DNA of 64,000 nucleotides, taken from NCBI GenBank assembly GCA_951406725.2, contig OX597814.1, positions 55,304,001 through 55,368,000 of the forward strand, written 5' to 3'. This DNA is from Octopus vulgaris (Eukaryota). This document shows, in pieces, positions 1 through 11,495 of this stretch (within the stretch, counting starts at the first letter, position 1; every line of letters begins with the position of its first letter). A model generated the notes under the pieces. The model did no database searches. It saw only the letters and a list, made by a program, of their open reading frames with translations, and was not told where the DNA came from. The position numbers were made by a program, and so were the translations under genes.

Positions 1-245
1 ATCATCCTTGAAAGACTATGGTCACAGGTTCTTATTTTCAAACTAACTAGTAATTATTCTTTTAAACTGACCTCCTAGCAATTACTCAGAAATACTTCAT
101 ATGACAACTTCACAAAGAAATCTCCAACACAAAATAACCTTCATCACAAAGAAACCTAAAAAAAAAAAAGGAATGTAAACAGGTGGAACAGTGAAAAATT
201 AGGTTAAATCTCCATTACAATTCTTTCTCACACTTCTTTAAGATA

Positions 246-1516
246 CGAGGGGCGTTCAATAAGTAATGCCCCTGACCCACTTGCAGTTGTTTGATCTAGC
301 TGAAATTTTGCATGTGCACTTATTTATACCTCTATAGATTAAGTGGCGAATTACAGCTCTGAACTAATTGTGGTTTCTGATTTACAGGTGTTTGAACTGA
401 GTCAAGTGTGAAATGGAGCCTGTTGAGTGTCGAGCAGTGATCTGGTTTTTGCATTTGAAAGAACGCACACCACAGGAGACTTTTGATGAAATGAAAGTAA
501 CTTATGGTGATGATGCCCCATCATATGACCTTGTAAAACGCTGGCATTGTGAATTCAAACATAGTCGGAACTCTGTGGAAACAGCTCCCAGATCTGGTTG
601 CCCCCTTCTGCCGTTGATGAGACGTCTGTCCATCAAGTTGAGGCTGCCATTTTGGAAGGTCAACGCATAACTATTTGCCAAATAGCCCATAAGGTCAAGA
701 TTAGTACCGGGTCTGTGGAAACTATCATTCATGACCATTTGCATATGCAAAAGGTGTCTGCCAGATGGATTTCCAGGTTGCTCACACCTTTCCAGAAGCA
801 AGAACGCGTTGAGTGCTCGAGGATGAATTTGGAGATGTGCCAAGAAGATGAGTCAAAATTTTTAAAAAGACTGATCACACAGGATAAAACCTGGGTCCAT
901 CACTATGATCCATAGACCAAAGCCCAGTCAATGCAGTGAAAGCACCGTAACTCACCTCCTCCAAAGAAGGCAAGGGTGCAGCCCTCCGCTGACAAGGTTA
1001 TGCTCACAGTCTTCTGGGACCAGGACGGAGTAGTGATGACAGATTTCCTGGAAAAGGGTACCACAATTACAGGAGCCTATTATGCTTCACTTTTGAGGAA
1101 ATTAAGAGAAGCTATCAAAATCAAGAGGCGGGGCAAGATCAGCAAAGGCATCCTCCTCCTGCAGGACAACGTTCCGGTCCACAACTCGCGTGTCACCAGA
1201 TCAGAAGCACAGGCGTGCAGCTATGAACTCCTCCCCTTGCACCCTCTGATTTTCACCTCTTCCCAGCCATGAAGTTGATTTTGAAAGGAAAGCGTTTCCC
1301 AGATGATGCAGCCTTGATTTTCTGAAGTCACATCGTGGTTGGAGGACCAAGCTGGGGTCTTCTACAAAAACGGTCTCCAGAGCTGTATCAAACGGTGGGA
1401 GAAATGCATAACTCTGGGTAGTTCCTATGTAGAAAAAGACTAATAACTGTGCCAAGTGTCGTTGCTCTACTGCTATGGGAAGTGGGTCAGGGGCATTACT
1501 TATTGAATGCCCCTCG
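246..1516 (+). mobile_element. Full-length mariner (Tc1/mariner, DD34D type, irritans-like) DNA transposon, decayed
   Basis: 37-bp TIRs (CGAGGGGCGTTCAATAAGTAATGCCCCTGACCCACTT, 1 mismatch between ends), TA target duplications at 244-245 and 1517-1518, about 1.27 kb long, transposase motifs inside. Confidence 0.95.
413..1443 (+). pseudogene. Mariner transposase pseudogene
   Basis: Pieces in shifting frames: HTH start (MEPVECRAVI...), WISRLL (WVPHEL-like), ITQDKTWVHHYDP, KVMLTVFWD, LLQDNVPVH, LAPSDFHLFP, ending YVEKD*. It has frameshifts, in-frame stops and a deletion of the HPPYSPD motif. Confidence 0.92.
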
Positions 1517-1860
1517 TAAAATATTATTTCATATTTATTTCCAACATTTCCGTTATACCAAGAATATTGTTTAGTCACAGGCTAACAATACTGATCAAGA
1601 AACATAAAATCAAAGGGATTCCAGTCATAACCATCCTGTAAGAATACACAAATGTGTCTTTCTTTGTTAAAAACAGTTAAGTGACATTTGAGGGAAATTT
1701 GGTTGCAATTTCTTGCAAATTCAGTAATTGCATAGAGGTCTCCATGTTGGCTTGATCAGAAATGTTCTGCAAAACAGCTTAAGCAAAGAATATGACCTTT
1801 TTCATTGTCTTATCTCAATACCTCAGCAACGTGTGAAGCAATGGAGACTACTGACTACAT

Positions 1861-2039
1861 CAGTGGTTCCCAAACTTTCACTACCTTTTATTTAAATGAG
1901 CTTTTCCATGAATCCCTTTTAATATGCTTATCCTTATGTATATATATATAAATATATAAAATTTTGAATTTAGTTCCCAGACACCCCATACTACCTTTGC
2001 AGACCACCAGTCTGTGGATCACAGGCTTAGGAACTACTG
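1861..2039. mobile_element. hAT-type MITE
   Basis: Termini CAGTGGTTCCCAAAC...TTAGGAACTACTG; exact 8-bp TSD GACTACAT at 1853-1860 and 2040-2047. Confidence 0.85.
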
Positions 2040-3488
2040 GACTACATGGTTGTTCTACAAAAATTGTGTTTGCTCCAGATTGACTGACTACTTCACAAAC
2101 AGGAGTTTAAAATCAGGAAGAGTATCCAGTTATGAAGTAATAACTATCAAATAAACAGTCCCACTCATAAATATAGAAAAATTTATATAAAATAGTTAAA
2201 ACAAGTTTTTAGGGCTTTTTAGACATTTTGAAATTTTCCTAAGTTTGTTATTTTCTAAAACCAAGGCTGTGGAGTCAGTACACCAAATCTTTGACTCCAG
2301 TTCCTCTCTATGTAATCAAATTAACATACTTTTATACTTATTTAAAGCATACAACATACATGACCAATGTGAATCATCGGACAATGTTTTATCACCCACT
2401 CTAACACAAAATAAAACAACTAGATATAGCATATGTTTTATATTTTGTTTCTTTTTTAGTTCAACAACTCTGAGACAAGGAACATCATGATGAAAGAAAG
2501 TAGAAAGGTAAAACCCCAAAAATATCACATTTACTGTTCTAATCTCAAAAACTGTTAATATCCCAAAATTTCTTCCAGTTGAACAGTGATATCTATCTAG
2601 AAAATCAATACAAATTAAATTACTCTACCACAGAGATAGATTCATATAACTTAAAATGTTTAAACTTTCTAAAAATACGAAGTAGACCTTTTTTTAATCT
2701 GGAACAGGTCAATTATTATTAACTTCAGCCATAACTTTGAGATTTAAAAAAAAATGTAATTTTACAGTTGGCTTTAATTTGGAAAATATTTTTTAAAGTA
2801 TTAAGTATTAAGTATTATTAATCCTTCTATAAGATATAAAAATGTACAAAATATAAAATGAAAATTAAAAAAATTGAAGTAAACATCTAATATGAGAAGA
2901 ATGGTGATATAAGCTGGAAGTTATAGCATGCATAAGCTTGTTAGTTTTAATATCATACTTTCTTTAAGATTAGCAAAATGATACTAGCATTTTTTTCCCT
3001 GTTTTTTTCTTTAAATCTCCTTATTAAGCATAGAATTACTCATGAATTATTAGTAAAGATACTGAGAAAATATACATGATATAATAATAGAAAAATTTAA
3101 GAGATACACAACACACATATATACATATATACAAATATATATGTAAATATAGAGATTTTGCATATATTATATATAATGAAGGTGACCAGGTAAATTCGGA
3201 CAACATTTACATGATGCATTGTTATATGAGAGAAACAGAAAAGAAATTAGACATATATATATATATATGTAAATATCATTTTCAAAGTCAAATACAATAA
3301 CTTTGCATTATCAATTAAAAATGTGAGACAAAAAAAAAGAAATAATAATTATTGAAGAAGTCTGTTTGGTTAACAGTTACTCTAAGAATCTATTCCATCC
3401 AAAACAGCATACAGACAAGACAAGGCTAAAGAGAGATCTAAAGACAGAAGAGAGGAAGGAGTATTAGGAATATAGAAAACGGTCTTAC

Positions 3489-3530
3489 AGGCATCTGCAT
3501 ATCCAAAAAATTTGAGAGGCCAATCCAAAC
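3489..3530 (-). CDS. Candidate 42-nt frame-preserving cassette exon of the MAP2K7-like gene
   Basis: Minus strand atattttcag|GTTTGGATTGG...GATGCCT|gtaaga; phase-1 reading xLDWPLKFFGYADA is open. Splice-signal prediction only. Confidence 0.4.
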
Positions 3531-3575
3531 CTGAAAATATTATTATGTCAAAACTAGAAAACTGGCAGCACTCAC

Positions 3576-3597
3576 AATACAGCCCAGGTCATGTAAT
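3576..3597 (-). other. Candidate 22-nt microexon
   Basis: Minus strand gtattttccttcag|ATTACATGACCTGGGCTGTATT|gtgagt; consensus acceptor and donor; only 45 nt separate it from the 42-nt candidate. Confidence 0.3.
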
Positions 3598-3745
3598 CTG
3601 AAGGAAAATACATTGGAGGCTAGCAAAACTTGTGTATGCTTGCTGTATATTGTTTAAAATATTTGTAAATATTTCTAAAGCAAAATATTTGTAAATGTTA
3701 AAATGTAAGGCAAACAATGAACTTCAAAGTTTCATGCATTACATG

Positions 3746-3824
<79 letters not shown>

Positions 3825-6800
3825 GCATACATTAGTTGTATGCTTGTAACAATATATCACAAACATATATAAATATAATATCATACAAACTAAAACATGT
3901 TTAAAGAATGATATAAGCAAAAATGTAATGCAGAAAACAATGAATAAATGCAAAATAATAAAAAAATATATTTGGTTCTTATTTCTGATATTTGAAATTA
4001 ATGTGTGTGTGTGTGTGTGAGAAGAGAGGGAGAGTATGTGCATGTGTACTGAAGTGCTAAATCAGAATTGTAGTTTCACCAAAAATTACGCAAAGACATT
4101 ACTACGCTATACATATTTATATATGTTGACAATCATTATAACTAAAATTTATTTCATTGGGCCATCAAATTTATTCAACACACATTTTCTAATGCTTTTT
4201 ATTTAATGATATATGTTTTCAAGTCTCTTAAAGTAATTGTTAAAACTTTCATATTTATTTTTCCAATTTTCTTCCAAAGTTTTTCTACATTATGGTTTCT
4301 CTAAATAAACAACTATATCTAAATTCAGTATATATATATATTGAGAAATATTTTACTTAATGTTTAAAATTAACTTCATTACTAAAATGAAATAAAACTT
4401 ATGGTGAAAAGATCTAGAGAAAGGTATCAATTTCTAGGTAAAACTGGATTTAATATCTTAATTTAATGAAATTTCATAATGTTCATGAATGAAAGTTCAA
4501 GAGTGAGAAGAAAAGCAAAAGTATGATTAAGATTAATTTTATCTAGGACCAAACCTATATCATATCCACTTATTCAAAGTGAGTATTTTTATGTAATTAT
4601 ATGAACATCTCTGATAGATGATTAACTTGGAATGAAATCATTTGTTACAGAAATAATATGTGACCATTTTGTATTAACTAAAACAATAATCAGGAAATGC
4701 TTTGTGAGAAGTTAGAAGTTTCTTACTTATTTAATCAAATTTTTCAATGATCAACTTTGCCTTTCTGCCCCCTCCATTCATCAGTTATTAAAAATCTGCA
4801 ATAAGCGTTATAGTCAATCAGCTTTATCTCTTTACAAAGATAAAGGAATTTGGTGTTTACCAGGAGGGGAGGAGGATAGTAGCTAAAAGTGGAATAGAAT
4901 TTTGAAACCAGTATCAATTAGTTGAAAATGTGGCTTCAATATTTTTAATTCTATATTAATATCTTGTAAATATGAATTAAGAACATTTGGAATATTTTGC
5001 AGAAACTACTGGAGCTCATTTCATTCATATAAATAAAAATAATCTTTAGCTCATGATAAATTACACATCTGTAAGTGGTAATTATATTCTAAGTTTAACG
5101 CAATTTTCTTTGTTAAAAAGCACTAAACAAATTTCTTTCAAATAATCTTTCACTGATTAAAGGCCATACAGGATATTAACAGCACATGGAACATCCAAGT
5201 GCAAACTAGACTTAATGTAGCTTAATTTCAGTAAATAAATAAAGTTAATAATATATATTTCAGTAATTTAGCAAAGACAAGTACAATTTTGTTGCAGCCA
5301 CTATTGTAGTGTTTGTTAAGCCAGCCAACAATGGAACAACACTCAAAAGTTTACTTGCAAAATACAAAAACTGAAACAGAAATTAAAATAAAAAAATAAA
5401 TAAATAAAGACATAGCATACTTTCAATCAACAGTGGTACCCAACAACTTGGAAAAGCAGCAAAGTATTTGTAAATGTGTAATATAGCACTAAGACAGAGA
5501 TTTTTTAAGCATTGATAGTAAAGATTGTTAGCCAAACACATAATCAGCTGTAGGGTTTCAAAGAAAAAAAAAACTATAACTAATATAACAGAGTTATGAA
5601 TTCTTTCTATCAACAACTTTAGAGTTTATTGTTTTTAAAAGACATGATTCTCACACTTGGCAGAAACATAAAACCTATGTCAGTTTAGATATAAATTTTC
5701 AGTTTTCAAAGACTGTTAAAAGAAGCTTTTGCTTGTAAGAAGTGTTATTCACAACATTATATTCTAATCATATTTTCTAGAATATCATCAAGAACTAGAT
5801 AAAGAAAAAAGAAAAACAAACTTCAGCAAGTATTTTCTAATTGATAACTAAAACAATAAGGATATTAAAATAAAAAGATAACTAAGTGCCATCTAAAAGT
5901 AGAAGCCAACAACAGTCAAAACTTAAAATAACCTAGTAGTAAATCAAGTATAACCTAATTAAAATAAATACAAAATATTTACAGTTTTGTGATTTTGTTT
6001 CTTTAGATTTATTTTTAAGAAAGAATCTATGCAAATAACTGTTTCTTTTTATATCTCACTAGATCTGCAGTCTCACATATTAATTGACCTAGTCTATTTT
6101 GTATTTGGTATTCACAACACGATGAATGACTTGCAAAGATGAAAAAATGAACTGTAAGATATATTGATGAAAAGGAAAATAATAGAGCAAATAGGTCTTA
6201 TAGGTTAGAAACAAGATTTTACACTTGAATGAACTGAATGAAAAATAAAAAAATAAGGTTGCGATGTAATAAAATGATTATCTTAAAAAAATATCACATT
6301 AATCAAATAATAAATTGAAGAATTAAGGACCAATCCCTTCTGACTATTAAGATATAAAAATAAAACTAATGAGTAAAGTCATCGAAATATAGCTAGAAAC
6401 ATATACATCTAGAAACATACTTTCTCATACTAACACCATTAATTGTTTGAAATGTATATAATTTGCAGAGAATTTTTTCAAAGAATTTTTAGAGCATATA
6501 CTTTCTTCAGCCTATTAAACCACTGCATTCTGTAGGGTATAATCTTTACTGAGATTAAATTTAAAGATAGTAATTGAACAAAAAAACCATCAGTTCTGTT
6601 TCAAAAAATATATTAAACAAAATGAACATACAGATAAAAATAAGATATGGTAATTGTAGAAACAGTTATTACTGGTACATTCATTGTTCTTAATCTATTT
6701 CTTCATAATTGTTCTTAATCTATTTCTTCTCCATTTTATTTCTGCTATAGTTTTTATCTAATCTTATTCATCCTACCTGTAATATATGATATTAAAAAAC

Positions 6801-8252
6801 ACTAGATTACAACCATCAAAACTCAATATAAACATCTACACAAAATGAGAGCAGATACTCAAATCAACTTTTACAAATCTAGTAATGACATCTAAGAGCA
6901 TGAAAACTGAATAATTTATGGTATTTCTTCTTGTATCCCGAGACCTTCAAGGAAAGTGTCTTGTAACTAGATCATACATGTACTATAAAATGAAGCTATG
7001 GTGATATTGATGACATTGCATTATCTGTCCAAATACATAAGTTTATAATTAAATTTCTTGTCAAAGTTTACTAATAAACATAAATTGCCTAGGAATATGA
7101 CTAAACTCTTTAGATGGGTATGTTTACGATATATTTTGCATGCAATGCATATCTGTAAAAATCATGAAATAATTTTTTATGAATGTGTTTGTTGTAAATT
7201 TATTACAATTATACATACTCAAATCTCTCGAATATATTGAGCATTCAAAACCTGCAAACTTAATGATAATGCTCCAGTGAACAGTGAAACATCAACCCCA
7301 AAGTAACCTACAAAGTGTTATTTTAGTAATTATTTTCTTTATAAATCACTTGATTTTTCTAATTATATACATAGCATACAATCATTTAAATGAGATGGAC
7401 TCTTCTTAAAATGATGTTCAAATTTCCTGAATTAAACTAAAGCACACTTACAGTATTCCACTGAAGCTCCAGAATCTTCATTATAAATGAGGAATTCAAT
7501 ACTTTTATTCCCTTCACCAGTCTATTTGTAGAGTGTCATAGAATATAAAACATGTGTAATAAGTCTAATAGTAATCCCATAACATCTATTATACACTCAT
7601 TCACTGTGATATAACTAAAAGTAGTGTATTTATGGTAATGCTCTCAAAGTAACCATTAGATCAAACAGTTTTAGTCATGTTCATACTGAGTTCTTTTACA
7701 ATTTTTTACTCTTTTCTTAGCTGCTTCATCAATTACTGACAATGAATTAGATATCTTACATTACGACAATTAAGGATCTTAAACATCAAAATTTTTAAAT
7801 ACACTAGTTTCATCTTCTGAGATGTACATTATTACCTTTGTGATTCATGAGAATGACATGGGTCATTTAAAGATCAAAACATTATGCTACAAAATAAAAC
7901 CAGACATGGCCATGTGGCTAAGAAGGTCACTCCAAAGCTGTGTGGCTCCAGATTCAATCCTCCCACCTGCATAGTATTTTATAATATCAAGTAAGAAAGC
8001 CACTTGGCTTCTGGAGATGTACACAAACACACACACACGCACACACACCACTTTAGCATTTAGATTACTCAGTCAGATGTAATGCTTCTTTATTCACATT
8101 ATTTTGAATTAATCATGCATGACTTATAGCTTTCAAATTTCTGTGGGGTGCGATGGTATATTATTAGAATGACATTGTAGCGTAGGTGCAAGTAGTCAGA
8201 TCTGGCCAGATGGAACATAAAACAGGTGGAATATTTAAGCCAGATATGGCCG

Positions 8253-8473
8253 CTTCATAGGATTCCTTTCATTCTAGAAGGAACAGCTATTAGTCCAAAC
8301 CACTATTAGGGACAATAGCCTAGCAAATTATTTTATTTGCTAAAAAAGTTTGAAACCATGGTCCAAGAAATATATGGTAAATGTTTTTATTTTTCATTCC
8401 CTTCGAGTTTTTTATCCCTAATGGTGATTTGGACTTTAGCTGTTCCTTCTAGCGTGAAAGGAATCCTATGAAG
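8253..8473. mobile_element. Palindromic MITE-like element with ~60-bp terminal inverted repeats
   Basis: CTTCATAGGATTCCTTTCATTCTAGAAGGAACAGCTA... is mirrored by ...TAGCTGTTCCTTCTAGCGTGAAAGGAATCCTATGAAG. It truncates a piggyBac-type MITE copy at about 8050-8252. No TSD identified. Confidence 0.65.
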
Positions 8474-8653
8474 GATACATCGCATGTATTTAAATGTACA
8501 CTGTATTTATATGAATAATATATAGTCTGTTGACTAACTTTTCTACACGCTAGGCCACAGGTAGTAAAAATTTCTAAAATATTTATTACTCTGATATTAT
8601 TAATTTTATATATATATATATGCAGAGGTGCATATATATATATGTGTGTGTGT

Positions 8654-8940
8654 GGGGGCAATGGTTAGGGTAAGCGGACTCATGGTCGGAGGATCGGAGT
8701 TTCAATTCCCAGACCAGGCGCTGTGCGTATTTATTGAGCAAAAACATCTAAAAAGCTTCGGCAGGGGGGGGGGTGACCCCTGTTGTACTCTTTCGCCCCA
8801 ACTTTCTTTCACTCTTTCTTCCTGTTTCTTGAGTAACGCTGCAATGGACTGGTGTCCCATTCAGATGGGGGGAACACATATGCCATAGAAACTGGGAAAC
8901 CAGGCCCAGGGGCCTGGCTAGGCTTGAAAGGGGTGCATAA
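8654..8940 (+). mobile_element. tRNA-derived SINE
   Basis: Degenerate pol III A/B-box head (CAATGGTTAG...GAGTTTCAATTCCC); body shared with the copy at 41943-42050. Confidence 0.65.
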
Positions 8941-8975
<35 letters not shown>

Positions 8976-8985
8976 TTACATTCAC

Positions 8986-9716
8986 AGGGCCATTAGGAAA
9001 ATGAAACAGGCATGGAAGGACAGGAAGTATGGTGGTAGCAGGGAACTGTATCAGATTGCCAAAAGGGAAGCTAGGTGATAGGTTTACTTATCCAGAGGGG
9101 AAGCAAATAAGAAAAACTTTGCCAGTGTTCCGCATTGTGAGGACAAAGACTTGAAGTGTTTTGTATTGCAAGACAGTGTGTGACAGAGGAACGTGATGTC
9201 ATAGGAGAGAAATCTGTCCACATGTGTGATGGCTCACTTGCATTTAATTATGCTGCAAAGAAAGAGACATGGAGACACCACTAAGAAAGGTTGCTAAATG
9301 AAGAGAATGAATGGGAGAAAGAGAGTCTGCCAAATGTATCTTGGTAGATAAAGCAATTAAGGGTATGAAGATGGTAAGCCCCTGGCCTATCAGGAATCAC
9401 TGCTGAGATGCTTAAAATATCTGGCGATGTAGGCTATAATCTAGTCACCTGTATAGTCAACCAGGTGATATATGTAGCAGCACCATAGTCAACTGCTACA
9501 AAGATAAAGGTGATGCATTGTATAGGAATAACTACAGAGGTATCAGATTGATGGATCAGGTGATGAAAGTCACAGAGAAGGTCATAGACCAACTAATTAG
9601 GGAGAGAGTTAGTTTAGATGAGATGCAGTTTGGATTTCTGGTAAGACAGTAGCAGGAGAAATTCGTAGTCAAAGATAAACCTCCGTACTAGGCTTTCATA
9701 AACATGGAGAAAGCCT
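8986..9716 (+). mobile_element. RTE-clade LINE fragment (EN-RT linker and start of RT)
   Basis: Translates to CYKDKGDALYRNNYRGIRLMDQVMKV...LDEMQFGF with stops and deletions; homologous to the minus-strand copy at about 34980-35780. Confidence 0.85.
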
Positions 9717-9733
9717 TTGTATATATACATATA

Positions 9734-9780
<47 letters not shown>

Positions 9781-9800
9781 ATATATATATACATATACTC

Positions 9801-9832
<32 letters not shown>

Positions 9833-9937
9833 ACTCATATATATATACATATATATACACACACAGACACATATATATACACATATATATACACACATAT
9901 ATACACACATATATATATATACACTTACATATACACG

Positions 9938-9966
<29 letters not shown>
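9717..9966. repeat. (TA)n/(CA)n compound microsatellite
   Basis: Direct inspection; source of the YI-rich spurious ORFs. Confidence 0.95.
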
Positions 9967-9968
<2 letters not shown>

Positions 9969-10270
9969 GACTCAGTGGTTAGAGTGTCGAGCTTATGATC
10001 ATGAGGTTGTGAGTTCGATTCCCGGACTGGGCTGCATGTTGTGTTCTTGAGCAAGACACATTATTTCACATTGCTACAGTTCACCCAGCTGTAGAAATGA
10101 GTTGCGACATCACTGGTGCCAAGCTGTATCGGCCTTTGCCTTTCCCTTGGATAACATCAGTGGTATGGAGAGGGGAGGCTGGTATGCATGGGCAACTGCT
10201 GGCCATCGATAAACAACCTAGTCCGGACTTGTGCTTCGAAGGGTAACTTTCTAGGTGCAATCCCATGGTC
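9967..10270 (+). mobile_element. tRNA-derived SINE
   Basis: A box TGACTCAGTGG, B box GAGTTCGATTCCC, followed by TGTGTTCTTGAGCAAGACAC core also seen at about 60675-60800. Confidence 0.8.
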
Positions 10271-10309
10271 ATTCATGACCGAGGGGTGGCGCACCATACA
10301 TACATACAT

Positions 10310-10625
10310 ACATCATCATCATCATCATCGTTTAACGTCCGTTCTCCATGCTAGCATGGGTTGGACGGTTCGACCGGGGATCTGGGAAGCCAGAAGGCTG
10401 CACCAGGCTCCAGTCTTATCTGGCAATGTTTCTACAGCTGGATGCCCTTCCTAACGCCAACCACTCCGTGAGTGTAGTGGGTGCTTTTTACGTGCCACCT
10501 GCACAGGTGCCAGGCGAGGCTGGCAACGGCCACGGTCGGATTGGTGTATTTTACGTGCCACCGGCACGGAAGCCAGTCGAGGCGGCGCTGGCATCGGCCA
10601 CGAGTCAGATAGTGCTTTTTAACGT
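10310..10625 (-). mobile_element. Abundant retroposon (SINE or LINE 3' end) with (GAT)n tail
   Basis: (CAT)n followed by CGTTTAACGTCCG...CCATGCTAGCATGGGTTGGACGG; recurs at about 23230, 32770, 56700, 57400, 59220, 60500 and 61070-61670. Confidence 0.75.
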
Positions 10626-10654
10626 ATATATACATATATATATATATATATACA

Positions 10655-11495
10655 TACTACATATGTGGCAAATTTTGTCTGTCGGTGCATTTGTTTGTGG
10701 AGTTGTTAGCTAACTCCTCCTACATTGTTTTATCAATTTTGATGAAACTTGACACATGAGTAGAACGCATGTCCAGACACCTTGTGACATACTTAGATTG
10801 TTGAAAAAAATCGATAATAGGGTCTCTGGAAGGGATTCTTATATCTAATACATATAAGTAATATACTTTATTCAAACACCCAAGGGAAATAGCCCATAGC
10901 ACCTGCACTTACAATTGTCAGTTTTTAGCGAAGCAATCAATATTTGATTCTCACAATCAGCCAACCTAATTTTGCATTTCATTACTCACAGAAAACTGCT
11001 AAACCTTATTATTGCACTCTCTTGATTTGAATCTTAAACCTTAAAGACTTCATTCATACATTTATATACATACATTCTTTTTTGTGCTAACCTTATTAAT
11101 ACACTTTCTTAATTTGAATCTTGAACCTTAAAAACTTCATTCATACATTTATATATATACATACGTTTTTGCACTTATATACTACACTTATCTATTAGCT
11201 TTAATAAATTAGCCTTGATAAAGTTTAGCTTTAAAATGTCATGATGACTAAGAGTACGAGTGGGTACTGTTACTTCCCTAAGTAGCTGCTCTAATGTGAC
11301 ACTTGCGATCTCAAGTAAGTCTCCCATTCATTATATTTGATATGTACTAAATCAAACAATTATTCTTCATCTATTCTACTTCAATATCTAAAAAGTTATA
11401 TACATACTGTTGTAATTAATTTAGACCATTAATAGACATTTTTTCAACATCTCCAAATAACTAAATGCTGGCAATGCATGCAGGGTTTTCAGTTA
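10655..11495 (+). mobile_element. Possible non-autonomous Helitron-like element with an internal ~88-bp tandem duplication (10997-11170)
   Basis: 5' TGTCTGTC...ATCAATTTTGATGAAACTTG motif and a 3' end resembling a decayed GC hairpin plus CAG(C/T)TA terminus; the internal duplication is directly visible. Confidence 0.4.

Noticed and set aside
7452-7521. Possible 70-nt minus-strand exon (TGEGNKSIEFLIYNEDSGASVEY, GTAAGT donor)
   Set aside because: Weak acceptor, phase does not fit exon 1, and no homology recognised. Similar weak candidates at 13131-13186 and 21299-21309 were also dropped.
9967-10040. tRNA-like sequence with A and B boxes (also 48171)
   Set aside because: SINE heads: no complete cloverleaf, and they continue into multi-copy bodies.
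9614-10054. Long YI/IY/VC-rich ORFs (also about 3.7, 16.6, 47.6 and 56.8-58.2 kb)
   Set aside because: Translations of (TA)n/(TG)n microsatellites.
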